Source: Eledone cirrhosa
Taxonomy: Eukaryota
Reading direction: 5' to 3'
DNA length: 64,000 nt
NCBI GenBank assembly: GCA_964016885.1
Contig: OZ024740.1
Coordinates: forward strand, 41,168,001 to 41,232,000
Below, in pieces: positions 53,301-64,000 of the stretch. The notes below the pieces were generated by a model, which saw nothing but the letters and a program-made list of their open reading frames with translations, had not been told where the DNA came from and did no database searches. Numbering within the stretch: position 1 is the stretch's first letter; the number at the start of each line of letters is the position of its first letter. Position numbers and translations under genes: made by a program.

Positions 53301-56300
53301 TTTGTTTTATGTATTAAAATAAAGTGTACGTGAAAATAAATTTATTTTTATTTGTTTTATGTATCTAAATAAAGTGTACGTGAAGATAAATTTATTTTTA
53401 TTTGTTTTATGTATTAAAATAAAGTGTACGTGAAGATAAATTTATTTTTATTTGTTTTATCTATTTAAATAAAGTGTACGTGAAGATAAATTTATTTTTA
53501 TTTGTTTTATGTATTAAAATAAAGTGTACGTGAAGATAAATTTATTTTTATTTGTTTTATGTATTAAAATAAAGTGTACGTGAAGATAAATTTATTTTTA
53601 TTTGTTTTATGTATAAAAATAAAGTGTACGTGAAGATAAATTTATTTTTAATTGTTTTATGTATTTAAATAAAGTGTACGTGAAGATAAATTTATTTTTA
53701 TTTGTTTTATGTATTAAAATAAAGTGTACGTGAAGATAAATTTATTTTTATTTGTTTTATGTATTAAAATAAAGTGTACGTGAAGATAAATTTATTTTTA
53801 ATTGTTTTATGTATTTAAATAAAGTGTACGTGAAGATAAATTTACTTTTATTTGTTTTATGTATTAAAATAAAGTGTACGTGAAGATAAATTTATTTTTA
53901 TTTGTTTTATGTATTAAAATAAAGTGTACGTGAAGATACATTTATTTTTATTTGTTTTATGTATTAAAATAAAGTGTACGTGAAGATAAATTTATTTTTA
54001 TTTGTCTTATGTATTAAAATAATGTGTACGTGAAGATAAATTTACTTTTATTTGTTTTATGTATTAAAATAAAGTGTACGTGAAGATAAATTTATTTTTA
54101 TTTGTTTTATGTATTAAAATAAAGTGTACGTGAAGATAAATTTACTTTTATATGTTTTATGTATTAAAATAAAGTGTACGTGAAGATAAATTTATTTTTA
54201 TTTGTTTTATGTATTAAAATAAAGTGTACGTGAAGATAAATTTATTTTTAATTGTTTTATGTAATTAAATAAAGTGTACGTGAAGATAAATTTATTTTTA
54301 TTTGTTTTATGTATTAAAATAAAGTGTACGTGAAGATAAATTTATTTTTATTTGTTTTATGTATTAAAATAAAGTGTACGTGAAGATAAATTTATTTTTA
54401 TTTGTTTTATGTATTAAAATAAAGTGTACGTGAAGATAAATTTACTTTTATTTGTTTTATGTATTAAAATAAAGTGTACGTGAAGATAAATTTACTTTTA
54501 TTTGTTTTATGTATTAAAATAAAGTGTACGTGAAGATAAATTTACTTTTATTTGTTTTATGTATTAAAATAAAGTGTACGTGAAGATAAATTTATTTTTA
54601 TTTGTTTTATGTATTAAAATAAATTGTACGTGAAGATAAATTTATTTTTATTTGTTTTATGTATTTAAATAAAGTGTACGCGAAGATAAATATTTTTCTA
54701 TTTGTTTTATGTATTAAAATAAAGTGTACGTGAAAATAAATTTATTTTTATTTGTTTTATGTATCTAAATAAAGTGTACGTGAAGATAAATTTATTTTTA
54801 TTTGTTTTATGTATTAAAATAAAGTGTACGTGAAGATAAATTTATTTTTATTTGTTTTATCTATTTAAATAAAGTGTACGTGAAGATAAATTTATTTTTA
54901 TTTGTTTTATGTATTAAAATAAAGTGTACGTGAAGATAAATTTATTTTTATTTGTTTTATGTATTAAAATAAAGTGTACGTGAAGATAAATTTATTTTTA
55001 TTTGTTTTATGTATAAAAATAAAGTGTACGTGAAGATAAATTTATTTTTAATTGTTTTATGTATTTAAATAAAGTGTACGTGAAGATAAATTTATTTTTA
55101 TTTGTTTTATGTATTAAAATAAAGTGTACGTGAAGATAAATTTATTTTTATTTGTTTTATGTATTAAAATAAAGTGTACGTGAAGATAAATTTATTTTTA
55201 ATTGTTTTATGTATTTAAATAAAGTGTACGTGAAGATAAATTTACTTTTATTTGTTTTATGTATTAAAATAAAGTGTACGTGAAGATAAATTTATTTTTA
55301 TTTGTTTTATGTATTAAAATAAAGTGTACGTGAAGATACATTTATTTTTATTTGTTTTATGTATTAAAATAAAGTGTACGTGAAGATAAATTTATTTTTA
55401 TTTGTCTTATGTATTAAAATAATGTGTACGTGAAGATAAATTTACTTTTATTTGTTTTATGTATTAAAATAAAGTGTACGTGAAGATAAATTTATTTTTA
55501 TTTGTTTTATGTATTAAAATAAAGTGTACGTGAAGATAAATTTACTTTTATATGTTTTATGTATTAAAATAAAGTGTACGTGAAGATAAATTTATTTTTA
55601 TTTGTTTTATGTATTAAAATAAAGTGTACGTGAAGATAAATTTATTTTTAATTGTTTTATGTAATTAAATAAAGTGTACGTGAAGATAAATTTATTTTTA
55701 TTTGTTTTATGTATTAAAATAAAGTGTACGTGAAGATAAATTTATTTTTATTTGTTTTATATATTAAAATAAAGTGTACGTGAAGATAAATTTATTTTTA
55801 TTTGTTTTATGTATTAAAATAAAGTGTACGTGAAGATAAATTTATTTTTAATTTAATTGTTTTATGTATTTAAATAAAGTGTACGTGAAGATAAATTTAC
55901 TTTTATTTGTTTTATGTATTAAAATAAAGTGTACGTGAAGATAAATTTATTTTTATTTGTTTTATGTATTAAAATAAAGTGTACGTGAAGATACATTTAT
56001 TTTTATTTGTTTTATGTATTAAAATAAAGTGTACGTGAAGATAAATTTATTTTTATTTGTCTTATGTATTAAAATAATGTGTACGTGAAGATAAATTTAC
56101 TTTTATTTGTTTTATGTATTAAAATAAAGTGTACGTGAAGATAAATTTATTTTTATTTGTTTTATGTATTAAAATAAAGTGTACGTGAAGATAAATTTAC
56201 TTTTCTTTGTTTTATGTATTAAAATAAAGTGTACGTGAAGATAAATTTATTTTTATTTGTTTTATGTATTAAAATAAAGTGTACGTGAAGATAAATTTAT

Positions 56301-59300
56301 TTTTAATTGTTTTATATAATTAAATAAAGTGTACGTTAAGATAAATTTATTTTTATTTGTTTTATGTATTAAAATAAAGTGTACGTGAAGATAAATTTAT
56401 TTTTATTTGTTTTATGTATTAAAATAAAGTGTACGTGAAGATAAATTTATTTTTATTTGTTTTATGTATTAAAATAAAGTGTACGTGAAGATAAATTTAT
56501 TTTTATTTGTTTTATATATTAAAATAAAGTGTACGTGAAGATAAATTTATTTTTATTTGTTTTATGTATTAAAATAAAGTGTACGTGAAGATAAATTTAC
56601 TTTTATTTGTTTTATGTATTAAAATAAAGTGTACGTGAAGATAAATTTACTTTTATTTGTTTTATGTATTAAAATAAAGTGTACGTGAAGATAAATTTAC
56701 TTTTATTTGTTTTATGTATTAAAATAAAGTGTACGTGAAGATAAATTTATTTTTATTTGTTTTATGTATTAAAATAAATTGTACGTGAAGATAAATTTAT
56801 TTTTATTTGTTTTATGTATTTAAATAAAGTGTACGCGAAGATAAATATTTTTCTATTTGTTTTATGTATTAAAATAAAGTGTACGTGAAAATAAATTTAT
56901 TTTTATTTGTTTTATGTATCTAAATAAAGTGTACGTGAAGATAAATTTATTTTTATTTGTTTTATGTATTAAAATAAAGTGTACGTGAAGATAAATTTAT
57001 TTTTATTTGTTTTATCTATTTAAATAAAGTGTACGTGAAGATAAATTTATTTTTATTTGTTTTATGTATTAAAATAAAGTGTACGTGAAGATAAATTTAT
57101 TTTTATTTGTTTTATGTATTAAAATAAAGTGTACGTGAAGATAAATTTATTTTTATTTGTTTTATGTATAAAAATAAAGTGTACGTGAAGATAAATTTAT
57201 TTTTAATTGTTTTATGTATTTAAATAAAGTGTACGTGAAGATAAATTTATTTTTATTTGTTTTATGTATTAAAATAAAGTGTACGTGAAGATAAATTTAT
57301 TTTTATTTGTTTTATGTATTAAAATAAAGTGTACGTGAAGATAGATTTATTTTTAATTGTTTTATGTATTTAAATAAAGTGTACGTGAAGATAAATTTAC
57401 TTTTATTTGTTTTATGTATTAAAATAAAGTGTACGTGAAGATAAATTTATTTTTATTTGTTTTATGTATTAAAATAAAGTGTACGTGAAGATACATTTAT
57501 TTTTATTTGTTTTATGTATTAAAATAAAGTGTACGTGAAGATAAATTTATTTTTATTTGTCTTATGTATTAAAATAATGTGTACGTGAAGATAAATTTAC
57601 TTTTATTTGTTTTATGTATTAAAATAAAGTGTACGTGAAGATAAATTTATTTTTATTTGTTTTATGTATTAAAATAAAGTGTACGTGAAGATAAATTTAC
57701 TTTTATTTGTTTTATGTATTAAAATAAAGTGTACGTGAAGATAAATTTATTTTTATTTGTTTTATGTATTAAAATAAAGTGTACGTGAAGATAAATTTAT
57801 TTTTAATTGTTTTATGTAATTAAATAAAGTGTACGTGAAGATAAATTTATTTTTATTTGTTTTATGTATTAAAATAAAGTGTACGTGAAGATAAATTTAT
57901 TTTTATTTGTTTTATATATTAAAATAAAGTGTACGTGAAGATAAATTTATTTTTATTTGTTTTATGTATTAAAATAAAGTGTACGTGAAGATAAATTTAT
58001 TTTTAATTTAATTGTTTTATGTATTTAAATAAAGTGTACGTGAAGATAAATTTACTTTTATTTGTTTTATGTATTAAAATAAAGTGTACGTGAAGATAAA
58101 TTTATTTTTATTTGTTTTATGTATTAAAATAAAGTGTACGTGAAGATACATTTATTTTTATTTGTTTTATGTATTAAAATAAAGTGTACGTGAAGATAAA
58201 TTTATTTTTATTTGTCTTATGTATTAAAATAATGTGTACGTGAAGATAAATTTACTTTTATTTGTTTTATGTATTAAAATAAAGTGTACGTGAAGATAAA
58301 TTTATTTTTATTTGTTTTATGTATTAAAATAAAGTGTACGTGAAGATAAATTTACTTTTCTTTGTTTTATGTATTAAAATAAAGTGTACGTGAAGATAAA
58401 TTTATTTTTATTTGTTTTATGTATTAAAATAAAGTGTACGTGAAGATAAATTTATTTTTAATTGTTTTATATAATTAAATAAAGTGTACGTTAAGATAAA
58501 TTTATTTTTATTTGTTTTATGTATTAAAATAAAGTGTACGTGAAGATAAATTTATTTTTATTTGTTTTATGTATTAAAATAAAGTGTACGTGAAGATAAA
58601 TTTATTTTTATTTGTTTTATGTATTAAAATAAAGTGTACGTGAAGATAAATTTATTTTTATTTGTTTTATATATTAAAATAAAGTGTACGTGAAGATAAA
58701 TTTATTTTTATTTGTTTTATGTATTAAAATAAAGTGTACGTGAAGATAAATTTATTTTTAATTGTTTTATGTATTTAAATAAAGTGTACGTGAAGATAAA
58801 TTTACTTTTATTTGTTTTATGTATTAAAATAAAGTGTACGTGAAGATAAATTTATTTTTATTTGTTTTATGTATTAAAATAAAGTGTACGTGAAGATACA
58901 TTTATTTTTATTTGTTTTATGTATTAAAATAAAGTGTACGTGAAGATAAATTTATTTTTATTTGTCTTATGTATTAAAATAATGTGTACGTGAAGATAAA
59001 TTTACTTTTATTTGTTTTATGTATTAAAATAAAGTGTACGTGAAGATAAATTTATTTTTATTTGTTTTATGTATTAAAATAAAGTGTACGTGAAGATAAA
59101 TTTACTTTTATTTGTTTTATGTATTAAAATAAAGTGTACGTGAAGATAAATTTATTTTTATTTGTTTTATGTATTAAAATAAAGTGTACGTGAAGATAAA
59201 TTTATTTTTAATTGTTTTATGTAATTAAATAAAGTGTACGTGAAGATAAATTTATTTTTATTTGTTTTATGTATTAAAATAAAGTGTACGTGAAGATAAA

Positions 59301-62300
59301 TTTATTTTTATTTGTTTTATGTATTAAAATAAAGTGTACGTGAAGATAAATTTATTTTTATTTGTTTTATGTATTAAAATAAAGTGTACGTGAAGATAAA
59401 TTTACTTTTATTTGTTTTATGTATTAAAATAAAGTGTATGTGAAGATAAATTTACTTTTATTTGTTTTATGTATTAAAATAAAGTGAACGTGAAGATAAA
59501 TTTATTTTTATTTGTTTTATGTATTAAAATAAAGTGTACGTGAAGATAAATTTATTTTTATTTGTTTCATGTATTAAAATAAAGTGTACGTGAAGATAAA
59601 TTTATTTTTATTTGTTTTATGTATTAAAATAAAGTGTACGTGAAGATAAATTTATTTTTATTTGTTTTATGTATTAAAATAAAGTGTACGTGAAGATAAA
59701 TTTATTTTTATTTGTTTCATGTATTAAAATAAAGTGTACGTGAAGATAAATTTATTTTTATTTGTTTTATGTATTAAAATAAAGTGTACGTGAAGATAAA
59801 TTTATTTTTATTTGTTTTATGTATTAAAATAAAGTGTACGTGAAGATAAATTTATTTTTATTTGTTTTATGTATTAAAATAAAGTGTACGTGAAGATAAA
59901 TTTATTTTTATTTGTTTTATGTATTAAAATAAAGTGTACGTGAAGATAAATTTATTTTTATTTGTTTTATGTATTAAAATAAAGTGTACGTGAAGATAAA
60001 TTTACTTTTATTTGTTTTATGTATTAAAATAAAGTGTACGTGAAGATAAATTTATTTTTATTTGTTTTATGTATTAAAATAAAGTGTACGTGAAGATAAA
60101 TTTATTTTTATTTGTTTTATGTATTAAAATAAAGTGTACGTGAAGATAAATTTATTTTTATTTGTTTTATGTATTAAAATAAAGTGTACGTGAAGATACA
60201 TTTATTTTTATTTGTTTTATGTATTAAAATAAAGTGTACGTGAAGATAAATTTATTTTTAATTGTTTTATGTATTTAAATAAAGTGTACGTGAAGATAAA
60301 TTTACTTTTATTTGTTTTATGTATTAAAATAAAGTGTACGTGAAGATAAATCTATTTTTATTTGTTTTATGTATTAAAATAAAGTGTACGTGAAGATACA
60401 TTTATTTTTATTTGTTTTATGTATTAAAATAAAGTGTACGTGAAGATAAATTTATTTTTATTTGTCTTATGTATTAAAATAATGTGTACGTGAAGATAAA
60501 TTTACTTTTATTTGTTTTATGTATTAAAATAAAGTGTACGTGAAGATAAATTTATTTTTATTTGTTTTATGTATTAAAATAAAGTGTACGTAAAGATAAA
60601 TTTACTTTTATTTGTTTTATGTATTAAAATAAAGTGTACGTGAAGATAAATTTATTTTTATTTGTTTTATGTATTAAAATAAAGTGTACGTGAAGATAAA
60701 TTTATTTTTAATTGTTTTATGTAATTAAATAAAGTGTACGTGAAGATAAATTTATTTTTATTTGTTTTATGTATTAAAATAAAGTGTACGTGAAGATAAA
60801 TTTATTTTTATTTGTTTTATGTATTAAAATAAAGTGTACGTGAAGATAAATTTATTTTTATTTGTTTTATGTATTAAAATAAAGTGTACGTGAAGATAAA
60901 TTTACTTTTATTTGTTTTATGTATTAAAATAAAGTGTATGTGAAGATAAATTTACTTTTATTTGTTTTATGTATTAAAATAAAGTGAACGTAAAGATAAA
61001 TTTATTTTTATTTGTTTTATGTATTAAAATAAAGTGTACGTGAAGATAAATTTATTTTTATTTGTTTCATGTATTAAAATAAAGTGTACGTGAAGATAAA
61101 TTTATTTTTATTTGTTTTATGTATTAAAATAAAGTGTACGTGAAGATAAATTTATTTTTATTTGTTTTATGTATTAAAATAAAGTGTACGTGAAGATAAA
61201 TTTATTTTTATTTGTTTCATGTATTAAAATAAAGTGTACGTGAAGATAAATTTATTTTTATTTGTTTTATGTATTAAAATAAAGTGTACGTGAAGATAAA
61301 TTTATTTTTATTTGTTTTATGTATTAAAATAAAGTGTACGTGAAGATAAATTTATTTTTATTTGTTTTATGTATTAAAATAAAGTGTACGTGAAGATAAA
61401 TTTATTTTTATTTGTTTCATGTATTAAAATAAAGTGTACGTGAAGATAAATTTATTTTTATTTGTTTTATGTATTAAAATAAAGTGTACGTGAAGATAAA
61501 TTTATTTTTATTTGTTTTATGTATTAAAATAAAGTGTACTTGAAGATAAATTTATTTTTATTTGTTTTATGTATTAAAATAAAGTGTACGTGAAGATAAA
61601 TTTATTTTTATTTGTTTTATGTATTAAAATAAAGTGTACGTGAAGATAAATTATTTTTTATTTGTTTCATGTATTAAAATAAAGTGTACGTGAAGATAAA
61701 TTTATTTTTATTTGTTTTATGTATTAAAATAAAGTGTACGTGAAGATAAATTTATTTTTATTTGTTTTATGTATTAAAATAAAGTGTACTTGAAGATAAA
61801 TTTATTTTTATTTGTTTTATGTATTAAAATAAAGTGTACGTGAAGATAAATTTATTTTTATTTGTTTTATGTATTAAAATAAAGTGTACGTGAAGATAAA
61901 TTTATTTTTATTTGTTTTATGTATTAAAATAAAGTGTACGTGAAGATAAATTTATTTTTATTTGTTTTATGTATTAAAATAAAGTGTACGTGAAGATAAA
62001 TTTATTTTTAATTGTTTTATGTATTTAAATAAAGTGTACGTGAAGATAAATTTATTTTTATTTGTTTTATGTATTAAAATAAAGTGCACGTGAAGATAAA
62101 TTTATTTTTATTTGTTTTATGTATTAAAATAAAGTGTACGTGAAGATAAATTTATTTTTATTTGTTTTATGTATTAAAATAAAGTGTACGTGAAGATAAA
62201 TTTATTTTTAATTGTTTTATATAATTAAATAAAGTGTACGTTAAGATAAATTTATTTTTATTTGTTTTATGTATTAAAATAAAGTGTACGTGAAGATAAA

Positions 62301-64000
62301 TTTATTTTTATTTGTTTTATGTATTAAAATAAAGTGTACGTGAAGATAAATTTATTTTTATTTGTTTTATGTATTAAAATAAAGTGTACGTGAAGATAAA
62401 TTTATTTTTATTTGTTTTATATATTAAAATAAAGTGTACGTGAAGATAAATTTATTTTTATTTGTTTTATGTATTAAAATAAAGTGTACGTGAAGATAAA
62501 TTTACTTTTATTTGTTTTATGTATTAAAATAAAGTGTACGTGAAGATAAATTTACTTTTATTTGTTTTATGTATTAAAATAAAGTGTACGTGAAGATAAA
62601 TTTACTTTTATTTGTTTTATGTATTAAAATAAAGTGTACGTGAAGATAAATTTATTTTTATTTGTTTTATGTATTAAAATAAATTGTACGTGAAGATAAA
62701 TTTATTTTTATTTGTTTTATGTATTTAAATAAAGTGTACGCGAAGATAAATATTTTTCTATTTGTTTTATGTATTAAAATAAAGTGTACGTGAAAATAAA
62801 TTTATTTTTATTTGTTTTATGTATCTAAATAAAGTGTACGTGAAGATAAATTTATTTTTATTTGTTTTATGTATTAAAATAAAGTGTACGTGAAGATAAA
62901 TTTATTTTTATTTGTTTTATCTATTTAAATAAAGTGTACGTGAAGATAAATTTATTTTTATTTGTTTTATGTATTAAAATAAAGTGTACGTGAAGATAAA
63001 TTTATTTTTATTTGTTTTATGTATTAAAATAAAGTGTACGTGAAGATAAATTTATTTTTATTTGTTTTATGTATAAAAATAAAGTGTACGTGAAGATAAA
63101 TTTATTTTTAATTGTTTTATGTATTTAAATAAAGTGTACGTGAAGATAAATTTATTTTTATTTGTTTTATGTATTAAAATAAAGTGTACGTGAAGATAAA
63201 TTTATTTTTATTTGTTTTATGTATTAAAATAAAGTGTACGTGAAGATAGATTTATTTTTAATTGTTTTATGTATTTAAATAAAGTGTACGTGAAGATAAA
63301 TTTACTTTTATTTGTTTTATGTATTAAAATAAAGTGTACGTGAAGATAAATTTATTTTTATTTGTTTTATGTATTAAAATAAAGTGTACGTGAAGATACA
63401 TTTATTTTTATTTGTTTTATGTATTAAAATAAAGTGTACGTGAAGATAAATTTATTTTTATTTGTCTTATGTATTAAAATAATGTGTACGTGAAGATAAA
63501 TTTACTTTTATTTGTTTTATGTATTAAAATAAAGTGTACGTGAAGATAAATTTATTTTTATTTGTTTTATGTATTAAAATAAAGTGTACGTGAAGATAAA
63601 TTTACTTTTATTTGTTTTATGTATTAAAATAAAGTGTACGTGAAGATAAATTTATTTTTATTTGTTTTATGTATTAAAATAAAGTGTACGTGAAGATAAA
63701 TTTATTTTTAATTGTTTTATGTAATTAAATAAAGTGTACGTGAAGATAAATTTATTTTTATTTGTTTTATGTATTAAAATAAAGTGTACGTGAAGATAAA
63801 TTTATTTTTATTTGTTTTATATATTAAAATAAAGTGTACGTGAAGATAAATTTATTTTTATTTGTTTTATGTATTAAAATAAAGTGTACGTGAAGATAAA
63901 TTTATTTTTAATTTAATTGTTTTATGTATTTAAATAAAGTGTACGTGAAGATAAATTTACTTTTATTTGTTTTATGTATTAAAATAAAGTGTACGTGAAG
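11301..64000. repeat. 50-bp AT-rich tandem satellite, ~1050 head-to-tail copies, continuing beyond the window
   Basis: Consensus TATTAAAATAAAGTGTACGTGAAGATAAATTTATTTTTATTTGTTTTATG (8/50 G+C). Most monomers are consensus or carry 1-2 substitutions. I saw no insertion of foreign sequence and no inversion in 52.7 kb. Confidence 0.99.

Noticed and set aside
11301-64000. CRISPR-like array or coding repeat
   Set aside because: Monomers are contiguous with no unique spacers, there are no cas genes, and the track shows no ORFs here.

Overview
Eukaryotic, very AT-rich, gene-free window. Abundant (TA)n/(CA)n tracts, a Naiad-type Penelope element and a SINE-like remnant suggest an invertebrate such as a cephalopod (inference only). 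Positions 1-11300 are a dense stack of retroelements, most inserted into (TA)n microsatellites. They comprise a nearly intact Penelope-like element (PLE; RT + GIY-YIG, one +1 frameshift) with a hammerhead ribozyme (HHR) at its 3' end and a 5' inverted copy of its 3' region; a non-coding 591-nt HHR-delimited retrozyme-like element nested in that inverted copy; two further fold-back HHR-bearing elements; and decayed CRE-like and RTE-like LINE fragments. At least four sequence-unrelated type I HHR families occur within 11 kb. One has a compensatory U3-A8 core and a long branched stem II. From ~11301 to the window end lies an uninterrupted, highly homogeneous 50-bp satellite (~1050 copies, 16% GC). 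It has an abrupt edge and variant-defined multi-monomer duplications. Most ORFs in the supplied track are microsatellite artefacts. All alignments and folds were done by eye.
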